Assembly (NCBI GenBank): GCA_965649765.1
Contig: OZ287754.1
Span: forward strand, 30,442,001 to 30,506,000
Reading direction: 5' to 3'
Length of the DNA stretch: 64,000 nucleotides
From: Bispira polyomma
Lineage: Eukaryota
Both the position numbers and the translations under genes were made by a program. Shown here piece after piece: positions 38,501-53,500 of the stretch. The notes beneath the pieces were generated by a model. The model was not told the DNA's origin and ran no database searches. It saw nothing but the letters and a program-made list of their open reading frames with translations. Within the stretch, counting starts at the first letter, position 1. The number at the start of each line of letters is the position of its first letter.

Positions 38501-41500
38501 TATGTCTTAAGTGTTTGTTCTAACCAATGAGAATCAATTCATTTTTGCCAGGATTTAATTTTAATTTGAAATAATTCATCCAAGCCTGTACTGAGGAGAG
38601 ACAGTTTTTTAGACCACAATTTTTGTGGGCATTGTCAGAGTTAAGAGAAAATAGATTTAAGTTTGATCGCGTGTGTGTAGAGATTTACCATTACCGCTCT
38701 CCTGGAAAAACCTTATTACACCTAGTCTCCTGAAATTTACAGGAAACGTTCTTTATTACAAAAGCTTGCCTAACAGTCATCTTGGCCTCATTTTAAAAAA
38801 CAAGATGGCCACCACGGGTATTTCTTTGAAAATAATTAGGCTTTTAGCTGTGTCTGTTTCTCAGCAGTAGAAGGTTGAATCTCTTCACAGGTGATATGTT
38901 AACGAATATATATTTCCTGTATAAGCATGCAGACATTTGACCTTGAATCTCCTAACTGAAGGCCATCGACAGAGTTGCAAAGTACCCCAAGTGACCGATT
39001 TTGGCCAAACTTAAAAGTGCCTATATCTTGCCTAATATTGGTTTTAGAGGTTTGAGATCTAAAACCAACCTGTAGGAATTCATGGGCTGGTAATCTTTTT
39101 CTGTGGTCAGATTTGACCTTGGACCCATTGTGCAAGGTCAAATGGGTAGGCCAAACTTTAAGGTGCCTATATCACACTTATTATTGGTCCCACAAATTGG
39201 CAATGTGAAACCCACTTTTACCATTCAAGGCTTTAGCATAAATGCTCTATAGGAAATCATAGGCTTCTAGCTTGGGTGCTAGCTGAGGTGCTCGCTACCT
39301 AGGGTGCTTTGTTTTTCTGGTAGATACAAATATGCTAAGTCTAGTTTGAAGTTGCCAGAAGTATACAGAATGTACATCAGTATAGATCCCATATACAGCA
39401 ATAACCGAGCAGTGACAGATTTTGAAATTTGAAATTTAATAAAAGAAACATGTGTATTAAATTTGTTGTTTTTTTACTGAGAAAAAAAAGGATTAAATTA
39501 TAAAAATCCATCCAGAAATTAAAACGTTATGGTAAAAAAAACTAACACCAAAAATTTTAAGCATTATTACACAATTATATATTGAAATATACTTTATCTT
39601 TGTGTAACAGTAAATTAGTAGAAGATAATTAAGTACTTTACCTGGTTGTCACATGTCTGCCAGCAGCCATTTTGTTCACAGTCTTCCATACTCTCAGCAC
39701 CTTCACAGTTCCAGCACTGAAACATCTTATCCTCACACACACAGTCCAGGAAGTCACACGCTTGTAATAGGAAGGGTCCTGTGTGAATTAATTGACTTTA
39801 GTTAGTTTGGGTACAACATCGCTTTCAATATATCATGTGTCATATCACAGGGGCAATTAATACTCGTGAAAGAAAATCAGAGCAGCATAGTTGGACAAGG
39901 TTTTCTGCTCCGCAAAGGATCAAGCTTTAGCAACTATTGCCAATTTACTTATGTACATGTCAGGGCCAAAATTCGAACCCATGGCTGCAGGGGTTGGAGG
40001 CTAGTGTGTTACCACCACATAAACAAGTAAACACCACAAAACCTTGTCAACTGTTTACTAGTGTAAAAGAGCAATTACTGCAGCCTATAACATGAAGTTA
40101 TCAGCTGTTACTATTTGGAAAAAAAGTAATCATCACAGGACCTTGTCAACTGTTTACTATTTTCAATAAGTAATCACTACAGGATGTTTAGTTATCAAAT
40201 TTATACTATTTTAAAACAATAACCACAGACTTATACTTTAACTTATCATATTGATGGAATAAACACCCCAGTTGCATTTCAGGACAAATATACTGTAACA
40301 TCCTCTTTTCATGTTAACACAGTATACATAGTGTACAGTGACTTGGTCTCATCAAATGTAAATTAATCTCTCAGTTGTTTACCACATAATCAAACTCTTG
40401 ACTATTTTTACATGTACACTATAATCCCATTGTTACACCTAATTACCCTCTGTTTATAGTCCAGGACTTACTTCCCCTACACCTTCCCTCTCCAGTAGGT
40501 CTGATACAGTCTCTCACATACTTCTTCACGTTGTCCCCACAGTCACAACCTCCGTCCACCAGATACCAGGAGCCATAGTAGTTAGCTGACAAAATATACA
40601 CCAGAGGCCATATTATCAAATATTCTTAAAATGCAATTCTTAGTATTTTCGAAGGCACAGCCAATCAGCTTGTTTCAGTCAATCAAATTGGTTGAAGTAA
40701 AAATCTAAAATCAGGAATACTAGGGGCGATATGTATCACAGTACCCAGCTCAGTGAGAAGTCACAGATAGGTAAGCTCATGTACCCTCAAGACATAACAC
40801 AGTATGAGGGATCAAATTGGATTTACGTGTTAATAAAAGTATATATTTACTTGGTTTTTAGAATAACTACTTTTTATCTACAGTTTGGGGTCAGTGTAAA
40901 CTAGTTAAGGTGACCAGATTAAGTTTCTACCTAAATACACTAGTCGCCATTGCAATAATATTAACTTAAGGTGACCCTAAATTAAGGCGAGTTCAATTTT
41001 TAAGAATTTACATGCAATTTAAGTTAAGGTTACTAGCTCTACTGAGGTAACCTTAATTACAATTAAGCTTATGTAAAACATATAATGCATTAAAAGAGTA
41101 TAGTTACAGAACATATAAATGCAGTAAAATAAGATTAGTCACTGATGAAAGATAAGATCAGAATAATGAAAACCAGCCAAGGGGCTATATGAATCAAAGG
41201 TCTGAAATAGCTAAACTAGACACTGTTTTACTCAAATGTCCTTATCTACAGGATTAGGTTCTAGTTTATGACTAATTTCTAAATGGGGAGTCAGAAAATT
41301 GCTCCTGGATATAGATAATTTTTAACTTATACTGAATCTAGTTTCCGAGTCTAATGTAACAGTTGATATAAAGTTAGAAATGTAAATTTTACTTAAATTA
41401 CACTTACCTGGAATCTGCCACATGTTAACAAAGTAAACTGATTAAAATAAAGTGAAATACAATACAAGTTTAGATTTGTTAGATATACTAATAGGGGTTT

Positions 41501-44500
41501 ACCTCCTGAAGGAGGGCCTATGATTTCAGGTGCTTCAGTGTCCACAATGTGAAGCTGCATGTAGTCATGTAAAGCAGCATCGTAGCACTCTGGCATCTCT
41601 GCCACGTCAACTAATAGAAATACACAGAGTGAACATGTAATTGGCTGTCGTATAGGGGTCGTGATGGCCTAGTGGTTTGAAGTGCCTGCTTCTGAATCAC
41701 TGGTCTCTCACCAATGTGGGTACTAATCCTGTAATTTCTTTCATGTGGGGCAAGTTTGTTAGGTACTTTATAAAGTGCTTTAGCACTGGTTTCTTCGACC
41801 ATTGAACCAGGCCATCGTCATATGACCTAAGCTATTTCAAGCGATTTAAAACCCAACTAAATGAAAATTCTTTAATCATTGATTTACTCAAAACTCCCAT
41901 AACTTACAGTTGATCCTATTTAAGTTGAACCTCCAGGCACCAGGTGGTGGAGATTTACAGAGTTCTATTCTGAACTAGAAATTTTAAATCATGTTGGGAC
42001 CGGAAAATTGGTTCCATTTATACAGAAGTTCAACTTATACTGGCTGGTACTAGTTACAGAATCTGCTGTACATAAATTCACCCTAAATTAAGCATAGTAT
42101 TACTTACGCAATATTCATGTTACCTTATTCCAAAACACCTCAAATGTCCCCTATTATCAAATGCCTTCTTTATCTAACTCCCGCTCATCTTCCTCAATTA
42201 CTGACCCCTTTTTCTCATTTTTTAATTCATGCTTCAGGATTATTGTTTTTCTTAGGACTATTTCTTTAAATGCTCTTTTAAGGAAGATGTTGCACCTGCA
42301 AAGACCAATAATACTGTGGTCAATTGCAAGCCATCATCCCAAAAGCTGTGACTTTTAAATTAGTGACTGTACTTGGACAGTCAAAAAAAGAAAAGGGTCA
42401 ATTAGCACTATGAATATCAGATAAAGGCAGATAAATTTGAATAGGAATGCATAACAATAACTATTTAACGGGTGTTTTTTGCTACCTAGACAAGGATCGT
42501 AGGGCAGTATACAGGCTGTACAGTCAAAGTTCCCATCAGGACAAGTCAGTGAGTTGTGGTTGACACAGTCAGCTGCTTCCATACACCGAGTTCTGTAATG
42601 TCCTTCTACACCGTCAACTGACAGACTGACCTCACATACAGGCTTAAAACACAAAGAGGTTACAGGTGTACATATAATGTACAGCTAAAGAGTATAGAGT
42701 ATGCAGTATACAGGTAAGGTAGATAAACAGGAGAAACAGGTGTAAATGCAATGTATAGATACAGTATACAGGTAAGGTAGATAAACAGGAGAAACAGGTG
42801 TAAATGCAATGTACAGATACAGTATACAGGTAAGGTAGATAAACAGGAGAAACAGGTGTAAATGCAATGTACAGATACAGTATACAGGTAAGGTAGATAA
42901 ACAGGAGAAACAGGTGTAAATGCAATGTACAGATACAGTATATACAGGTAAGATGGACAAACATTAGTAAATGTAAGTGTTGGTTCATAATATGATAAAA
43001 TGTATTGACCTTTGTCACCAGGACTTTCATCACAGTTTTTGCAAGGGTAACATTGCCACCACTCTGGATAAACTTATGGATGTATAATTGATTTGGGGTA
43101 AACTGGTTGACCAAAGTTAATTGTTTTGTATAGTAGGAGGTGTATTGTAAATGATTCTGAACCTAACAGGTAACCAATGAAGTTTCTTTAAGTGGGGACT
43201 AATTTGGAGCAAAATGAGGAATCTTAGTAACTGTATATATGTTGGTAACTTTGACCAACTACCCTTAGAGTGAGGTTAAACTAGAAATAAATGTAAAATG
43301 TCAGGTGTGTTTAACATACAAAGTCAAAGCCATCACAGGACTCCAGTCTAGACCCCTCCATGGTGAGAGCATTGTAGATACATTCCCCTCTGCTGTCTAC
43401 TGCACAAGTCACATTGGACACATAGCAGTACTTCCCGGGTTCTTGTTCACAAGTGGGTTGACTTTGTAGATACACATAGGTAGGAACTACAGAAAACAAT
43501 TGCAACAAGGGTTTTTTTAGGTATAGTTTGTGTCAAACTAGAAAACAAATATCCTAGTTTCAATCTTATTGTACGATTAACCCTTTCGAACCAGAGGAAA
43601 TAATATCCTGTGAACTGCAAGAAATTGTAGGGTAACAGATTACAGATCTGTAACAGATTACAGAGTTGTCAGAGTCGTGTTACACACACAACAACATTTC
43701 TTAACAAGCATTCAGTGACTAATGAACACATATCTTTTAAGCAATATATCAAACCCACAGAAAGTAAATGATAATACAATCTCCGGGCACATTTTATAAA
43801 TGTCAAGCATAATACTGTAATAAAAATCATGAATGGAAGTAGGCGGAGCTTATGCTGGTGTGACGTGAGCAATATTGGCGTCTGCATAGTTTTTTTCTAG
43901 CGATGCAGTTGACTCGGCCCCCGAATCCTCCCCAAATCCTTCACCTGAAGTAATCGACCAAAAATTAAAGAAAATAAAAGTCCCCGGCCAAAATAATGGT
44001 TATATTCAAAATTTTGTCCCAAAACTCACTAGGGAAATTGGTGAAAATGCTGTTCTAAAGCTCGAATTCCAGAAACAACAAAACTGAGAAGCTATTTTTT
44101 ATGTTACTTCCTAAATGCTAAAAAAAAGAATAAAAACCTTGCATGTGTTGATGTAAACAGGTGGCATCTGATTTATTTAAAACTTTAAAAATAAAAAGCT
44201 TTAAGAATAAATAATTCTGTCAAAATGTATTAATTTTCCTAGAAGAAAGTGTGCAGTTTCTTCACTGAATATATACATTGTACTGAATACTGAACAAAGA
44301 TACTAGATGAGTTTAGATTTTGTAAAAACTACAGATCAATACTCACTGCACTCCTCTTGACCTGAAAACACAAAGTATACACAGTCAAAGATATATCTAT
44401 ATATATGACAACAGCTGCACAACTACATACAAATCTAAATACATGTTTATAACTCAGTCCTACCGGTCTTTACGCTGGATGTCGTAGGGTTTGGTGGTCT

Positions 44501-47500
44501 GACATATTCTACGTGCATTTGCATGAACTTTTGCATCAAATACCTTACAGGGCCATGCGTGACCTACAGGTCCTGTAAAGAAGAACATTTATACAACTGT
44601 TTTAACCATTTCGACCTTAAGAAAAAAACTCTCGCCGGGAATTGAAAGAAATTTTTCGGGTATAGGTTGCAGATAGTTATTAAAACACACACCACAGATT
44701 GCTTCTGACATTCAATAATGGCCATACATATAAGTTGTTAAACAGGGAACTTTGTAGTTCTAACAATTTCCTATTGCGAGGAACTGAAGGAAAACGATTA
44801 TAATATATTTTTGGGATGCCGACAGACATAGGTTCTAGGAGGTAATCTACACTAATTCTGGTGTAGGTATTATTTTTTATTTGAAAAAGACTTTTTTATA
44901 TTGCTTATTATATAAAGGTAGATACATGTGTTGGGTTTAAATGTTGGGTACAACTCACATTCCTCACAGTTGACACCTATACAGTCAGTTGCCGAGCAGT
45001 CACAGGTGTATGATCTAACACCATCAATACATTCTCCATCATTACATGGGGAATCAGCACAGTCATCAATACCTAGTGAAACAGAAATACATAGAATTAT
45101 ACTATCATTAAACTGTCTTTTAAGAAACCTAAGTTATGTCTTGCCAGACATGTTCCCCCATTTATTCTATGGATTATTACTGCTCAATTACTAGCACTTT
45201 TATAAACAAAAAATAACCAGCTCTGCAAAAGAAAATAATGGGATGATAAAATACAGTAATAAAAACTATGCTTTATTTGTATCTATTTTCAGTATCAGCA
45301 CAAAGGGCAGTTTATTGGTGGAGGAAAGCAGTGCAGGGTAATTGGTCAATCATTTCTGCACCGTAAACCTTCACCCTTCAGCAAGTCTACTGCATGCCGC
45401 ATGCAGTCCCACATGCATGCTGCGGATAAAAATTTAACCCCCGACAGTCTACTCCTGCCTGCAATGGTGGGAGGTATGATATGATGAATTTTTAATGTGC
45501 CTAATTGATGCCAGGCATCTGCTAATGCGCAACATCATTGACAAAGTTGTAAAAATCATGGTAACAGTGACAGTGTTACCTATACACAACTGAGGCGACA
45601 GTTCCTCAATGCCACCTATGTCACCCCAGACAATAATGAACCTTGTTGCCCGTGTGTATTGGGTGAAACGGTGTGCACTTCAGGCACACAGTACAGTTAT
45701 AAAGGATGTAATTCCTAATTTACACTAAAACATAGGAGAAGCCATAACAATGCTGTTAATGACAATATGGAAGAAGTAAAACTCTGTATTCTGAGAAATC
45801 CATTTAATACCAAAATATGATCTATTATAAATATGTGTATAGTTCACTTAATAAAGCCGTAAATGATTAGGTTTTTTGACTAAGTCTTCTCAATTGGTGA
45901 GCATCATATATCATGTGCTAGTTGGCATGTGTGTGTGGAAGATTTTATAGTTATCAAACTATGAATACATCTCTCTTGAGAACATAAGCTATTTATCCAT
46001 TAATCTTCCCACTGTGGCTCAGATGGTAACCACACATGTTCACAAATGCAACAGACCTGGGTTTTAACCCCAGAATGGGCCTCCCTGGAACAGGCAAATA
46101 CAAAGTGGCTGAGATGACCACTAAAAATAACAGTTCTCTATTATTGGGATGGTCATCCTGAAGCCCTTTTCTTTAGTTATGGGAATGACAGTTGCTGGTG
46201 CTGGTTACCATTTGTACATGGGAAATCGGCACATTCATCTGTTTCTAGAATAGAACACAATAAATGGTATGGGTGCAGGGTAATTGGTCAATCATTTCTG
46301 CACCGTAAACCTTCACCCTTCAGCAAGTCTACTGCATGCCGCATGCAGTCCCACATGCATGCTGCGGATAAAAATTTAACCCCCGACAGTCTACTCCTGC
46401 CTGCAATGGTGGGAGGTATGATATGATGAATTTTTAATGTGCCTAATTGATGCCAGGCATCTGCTAATGCGCAACATCATTGACAAAGTTGTAAAAATCA
46501 TGGTAACAGTGACAGTGTTACCTATACACAACTGAGGCGACAGTTCCTCAATGCCACCTATGTCACCCCAGACAATAATGAACCTTGTTGCCCGTGTGTA
46601 TTGGGTGAAACGGTGTGCACTTCAGGCACACAGTACAGTTATAAAGGATGTAATTCCTAATTTACACTAAAACATAGGAGAAGCCATAACAATGCTGTTA
46701 ATGACAATATGGAAGAAGTAAAACTCTGTATTCTGAGAAATCCATTTAATACCAAAATATGATCTATTATAAATATGTGTATAGTTCACTTAATAAAGCC
46801 GTAAATGATTAGGTTTTTTGACTAAGTCTTCTCAATTGGTGAGCATCATATATCATGTGCTAGTTGGCATGTGTGTGTGGAAGATTTTATAGTTATCAAA
46901 CTATGAATACATCTCTCTTGAGAACATAAGCTATTTATCCATTAATCTTCCCACTGTGGCTCAGATGGTAACCACACATGTTCACAAATGCAACAGACCT
47001 GGGTTTTAACCCCAGAATGGGCCTCCCTGGAACAGGCAAATACAAAGTGGCTGAGATGACCACTAAAAATAACAGTTCTCTATTATTGGGATGGTCATCC
47101 TGAAGCCCTTTTCTTTAGTTATGGGAATGACAGTTGCTGGTGCTGGTTACCATTTGTACATGGGAAATCGGCACATTCATCTGTTTCTAGAATAGAACAC
47201 AATAAATGGTATGGAGCAATTCTACTTTACCAGGTTTTTTTTTAATGAAATTTTAAGCACAAGAAAATATGTACTTGAAAAAGGTAAATTTAGTGTCATT
47301 TAGGTGGGATATCCCTCCAAAGAATCCTCGACATTTTAATTGTCATTTAATATTAATTTACAATGAAATCTTGCATAAACAAAAAATAAACTATCCAATT
47401 GTATTATAGCAGTGATTTACAGATTGAAGTAACTTCCACATATTAGAAATGGATCAGATTGAGGACATTGACTATACATACTGATTTCACAGAGAGCTCC

Positions 47501-50500
47501 CTCATAATCTGTTCCAGTACAGTCACAAGTGAATGTCCTAACCCCGTCTACACAGACACCATTTGTACATGGAGATTCAGCACAGTCGTCTATTTCTAAA
47601 AGACAACACAATATATAGTATTACTCCAGTGACTTGCAGATTGAAGTGGCTGATTTAGATCTTCTTTAAGAACATTGACTATACATACTGTTTTCACACA
47701 GAGTTCCCCCATAATCTGTCCCAATACAGTCACAGGTGAATGTCATAACCCCATCTACACAGGCACCATTTGTACATGGAGAATCAGCACAGTTGTCTAT
47801 TTCTGGAATATAACAAATTATATGGTATTATAGCAGTGATTTACAGATTTAAGTAGACGATTTGGATATGATTTAGGAACATTGACTATACATACTTTCT
47901 CCACACAGAGTCCCTTCATAATCTGTCCCAGTACAATCACAGGTGAATGTCCTAACTTCGTCTACACAGACACCATTTGTACACGGGAAATCAGCACAGT
48001 CATCTATTTCTGGAATATAACAAAATATATGGTAATACCTCAGTAATTTACAGAATTGAAGAAGATGATTTAGATCTTCTAAAAGAACATTGACAATACA
48101 TACTTTCTCCACACAGAGTCCCTTCATAATCTGTCCCAGTACAATCACAGGTGAATGTCCTAACTTCGTCTACACAGACACCATTTGTACACGGGGAATC
48201 AGCACAGTCATCTATTTCTGGAATATAACAAAATATATGGTAATACCTCAGGAATTTACAGAATTGAAGAAGATGATTTAGATCTTCTAAAAGAACATTG
48301 ACAATACATACTGGTTTCACACAGAGCTCCCTCATAATCTGTCCCAGTACAATCACAGGTGAATGTCCTAACTTCGTCTACACAGACACCATTTGTACAC
48401 GGGGAATCAGCACAGTCATCTATTTCTGGAATATAACAAAATATATGGTAATACCTCTGTAATTTACAGAATTGAAGAAGATGATTTAGATCTTCTAAAA
48501 GAACATTGACAATACATACTGGTTTCACACAGAGCTCCCTCATAATCTGTCCCAGTACAGTCACAGGTGAATGTCCTAACCCCATCTACACAGTCACCAT
48601 TTGTACACGGGGAATCAGCACAGTTGTCTATTTCTAGAACACAATACAATAGTTTATAACAACTAGATAACACGAGGTTAGAAATGTAATGGTAGTTGTA
48701 TTAATGAAAAATATAATAAATGAGTCTCTATACATACTTTCTTCACAGAGAGCTCCCTCATAATCTGTTCCAGTACAGTCACAAGTGAATGTCCTAACCC
48801 CGTCTACACAGACACCATTTGTACACGGGGAATCAGCACAGTCGTCTATTTCTAAAAGACAACACAATATGTAGTATTACTTCAGTGATTTACAGATTGA
48901 AGTAGTTTTTTAAGATCTTATTTAACAACATTGACTATACATACTTTCTTCACACAGTCCTCCCTCATAATCTGTCCCAGTACAGTCACAGGTGAATGTC
49001 CTAACTCCATCTACACAGACACCATTTGTACATGGAGAATCAGCACAGTCGTCTATTTCTGGGGAATAGATTTAATCAGTATATTTTGTGGTTCTCATAC
49101 AATTTATTTTATGTTAATTAAAGATATATTTGATACAGTATTTTAACCTCACAGTACTTGTTATTCTTTCATTACACTCTTCTGATAATATCTCAGAATG
49201 TCAAAAGAAGTTTGTTCAGTACCAGTACAGTAGAATCTCCATTATCTGAACTTCAATTATCCAAATGTTAGACTTTACAAAGTTATTTCCACTCTAGCGA
49301 ATTCATGTATTCTCATTGTTTTACACATAAATGTAGGTTCTATTTTATGAAACTTCTATTAGTCAAACAAAAACTTGCTTTTCACACATACAGAAAATAA
49401 TAGACTGTACTCATTCTAAACTTTAACCTGGGACTTCTGACTTTAGCTGTAAACACAACGCTGTTCCCATAATATCCAAGTATCTTCTAGTCATATATTT
49501 CTCTATATGGTACAAATATTCAGCAAGAGGGAGTGTACACATGTACACTGTTATGGCCGACCATAATTTGAACTTTGGCCTAATAATTGGGAGCTGTCAT
49601 CTTGAGCTTAGACTATTGTCCAAACCATATCTCAAAAACTATTTGTTGATGGCACTTTAGATTTGGTTAAAGATATTTATGAGGTGTTAAAAGATTTGAC
49701 ATGTCATGGCCTCATCTCATGTATCCTTCAAATTAGTATTTTAAAGGTTTTCTTCAATGGTGACACAATTCGTGTAAAATAAAATACTGTGTGAACTTTA
49801 AGGTAGAGAGATTCTTATGGCCCTATTTTTTGTATTTTTAATGCACCTTATTGATTGCGAGGCATATTCTAAAGCATAACAACAGAATCGGTTAACCAAC
49901 AGAGAAGTCCAGAATAAAAGCCAAGGTTGTAATGGAGGATGTGGGATGTACAGGGTGGGAATTAGAGGGAGGGAGGGTGCGGAGGGGTGGGGGGGAAGGG
50001 GGGGTTGGTGAGTTTGAAGAATTTTGTTTAAACTGTTATAAACTGTTCATCAAAAGTAACTTAAACTCATACTCTTTTTTGTGCAATGGGCTTTATTGGA
50101 GAATTTTACTGAAGAAAAACATTGTCTAAACTAATAATAAAACTGTAGAATAGATTTCTTTTTTTTTTACATAGGGTTTGCATAATACAAATTCACTTTA
50201 CATTACAAGTTTACATCACATTCACAATTGTCACATTTTAATTATATTTTTTGATAGTTGGTTGTAAAGTTAAGTTTTACAGCTTTGATAATGGTATACA
50301 ATACATAACTTTTATTTTTTTTAAATGAGGCTAAAGTTAAATTTTATCGTTAAATATTTTGGGATCGTGGTGAGTTTAAGTTTGAGACATTTGTTGATAG
50401 AGACCCATGAGTGTGACATTCTGTGGTCTACTCACTGTAGTTGATAAACCCATGTATTCAATTTGGTTTTAAGATATCTCCAGTAGTTTTCCATAATTAA

Positions 50501-53500
50501 TACTTGGTAGATATTGGCCGAGTTTGTAGATGCTATATTTGTGCTGTTGGTGATGACGTAACCATATACCACCATATATAGTCAATCCTCTGATAATGAA
50601 CACTTCTGAATAGTGAAAGCCTCCCTACAGTAAACTCTTTTTTCCCGGTCCTGGTTTGATACTGGTGAAAGAAGCTCTTAGTATTGAAAACCCCTTTTTA
50701 TAGTAAACAATTTGCCCTGGGTCCCATGAGCGTTCACAATATAGTGTTACTGGTATATTCAATTCTTACTTTGGTCACAGATGTCGCCGTTGTAGTCTAC
50801 CTGGGAACAGTCACACGTGTAGGAGTCGATACCGTCCCCACACACACCATTTGTACAGGGCGAACTGGCACAGTCATCTACAACAAGTCCAACATTGCAA
50901 AGTTTTCAAAGAAAACATCATACTAAATAGATTAGGATTAGAACAGTCCACAATTGCATTTAGCAAAAGTTGTAAACCAATTTCATTATTTTGTTGTATT
51001 TAGCTTCATCTCTTATAATAAATTCTGCTGAGTATCAAATAAATAACTCTTTTTTTTTAAATGGAGAGCTTACATTGCTGATTGAGAAATAATATAAGAA
51101 AGTAGAAAAAATCATACAAATGCTCATAGTCTAGAACAATTAGGAATTGTGAAAAAATAAAAAAACCATCGCTGTTATTAGAATTGTAGGCATTTCTCAA
51201 GAACACAATAGTCTGGCACATGGGGCACAGCAGCAGATGACCATATTGGACATGTAGGGCGACACAATGGCTTACAAACTCATAGAGCTAGGGTTTAATC
51301 CCAGCCTGAAAGGCCATATATACCATATTGGTTTTCCAAATTATGATGTCCGAGTGTGCCACATAACCAGGAAAAATAAGTTGAAACCTACCTGGTAAAT
51401 TCTTGTTACACAAGTCAGTGGTACAGCAGTCATAGCAAATGGCACCAACTTCATCATATCCAGTACACTGAGATTCCTGGAAAAAGACACACAATGGATT
51501 TATCAACAAAGGCCCCAAATATAGCTTTCAGGGGGCAAATATACCTGGCCGATTTTGCGTGCGAATCAATCAGCCGATGTCCGTTTCCATTATCCGAAAT
51601 GCTGTATGTTTATCTAAAAAAATCGGAGGTGACGTTGGTCAGGTGTATTCGACTTTTATATTTCTTGATATTTTGATTTTTTCGGATGACGAAAACAGAC
51701 CTTGGATGACAGATTCAGAATCAAAATCGGCCAGGTTTATTCACCCCTTAAGTTTAGTTTGGGTTTAATCTCGCTTTCACCATGATTGATCAAGACAGAC
51801 ATTTCAGTGGAGGAAGAAATCAGTAAAAGGTTGTTGGTCAAGGTTTTCATTTTTGGCTCTTTAATATTGCACAGAAAGTATTCATAACATGGTGGAGTGT
51901 ACAGGTTAAAAACACCAGTTATCTGATTTTCTATTACCTAAATATTTGATTTCATGAAATCGTCATTGTTGTCCTAAACATATCGCTATTGCACAAAAGT
52001 ACACCTACTATTATCTTTCTATGTCTCTCACAAAAGTGCACCTTCTATAATCTTGCTATGTTTCTCACAAAAGTGCACCTTCTATTATCTTGCTATGTTT
52101 CTCACAAAAGTACACCTACTATTATCTTGCTATGTTTCTCAAAAAGGTGCACCTTCTATTATCTTGCTATGTTTCTCACAAAAGTGCACTTTCTATTATC
52201 TTGCAATGTTTTTTACAAAAGTGCACCTTCTATATTATCTTGTTATGTATCTCATAAGAGTACTTGGTGTTCTAATACTCGGCACATGGGTGTTGTAATT
52301 TGGTATAACAATTTGATATAAATCCACATTAAAAACTCATACATAACCATTGCAAAATAAGTGTAATATTTCTGACATGGATATTCATAAATTTAAACTG
52401 GAATTATGTTAAAGAATTACAAAATATTCCAGATATGGAATGTTGTTTTAATTGTACTAATTTGTCATTTTAAGTACAGTTTTACTGTAAATACTTAAAA
52501 GCATCCTGACTTACATACTGCTGTTCTTCACTCTCACACACACTCTTGGCCTTACATCTCTTTGTGATGGTCTTGTAATGTTGGTACACCCTGACCTCAG
52601 TTTGACATCCACCCTAAAACACAAAATAACAGCCTATTATCCCTGCTGCACTGTGTTGAGTAGATATAGAATTGGGCCACTTTAGGGATGAACTATTATG
52701 GTGGGAGGAAGGCAAATTCTCAATACAAACAAGGCAGTTTAGCTTATTAGAGATCTTACAATGAATGTGTAATCCTAAAGTCTTCAGTAATCAAGAACTA
52801 TATCAATAATTAATGCGATTACTTACCAGTTGAGATAATATATTGAAATTACAGTCAGGCTTAAATACACATGATATATTGCATAGATTTTTGCTTCATA
52901 ATGCTCTTAGTTTTATATAACAAAAATCCTATTGTATATACATCTATACAAGCTAGTCTTTAATCTGTTTAAATGGGTACATAATAAATCCTATCACCTC
53001 ATGACTTGGTGCAGGTTTGCTACCAGCCACTTCACATACATGTTGTATGTACAGGAGTTTTCAGCACTAGTTTAAATAATCACAAGCCACATATGATTAT
53101 CTGATCACTTACAATGTCTCCTTGCTTACATGTTAGCTTTTAACCACTGCTCACATATATGTTGTATGTATAAAAGTTTTGAATCATGTTTGAATGGGCA
53201 CATGACACATATGGTCACCTGATCACTTACTGTGTCTCCTTGGTTACAGGTTTGCTCCCAGCCACTGCTTACACACATAGCTTCATTGTTAGCATTAGTA
53301 CACGCCCAGCACACTGAGGCAGGACTGCCACCTGGTGAAAGGAACAATTGATGGAACTCTCGGGTTATGGTATGAGAGGTTTACATACAATACAACTTTA
53401 AATTTTCAGTGTCTTCAGAATCACTACTGAGAGTTCTAAAGTTTCTCAGATATAGAACCATGATATTAAGTTTGTCCTAGAAATAGAGTAATTAAACAGT

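Noticed and set aside
42644-43114. 156-aa hydrophobic ORF and similar ORFs at 51989-52321 and 6149-6412
   Set aside because: Translations of minisatellites or of a T-rich LINE 5' region; no splice or domain support.
44464-44572. Additional exon of the large gene (AG...GT bounded, open in one frame)
   Set aside because: Joining to the upstream exon creates TGA and the exit phase does not match the next exon.
47482-49058. Notch, fibropellin or crumbs gene; Dscam-style mutually exclusive exon cluster
   Set aside because: The flanking LU/CBM14 modules and GPI-like tail do not fit those genes; introns are long enough for serial splicing and I saw no docking/selector elements.
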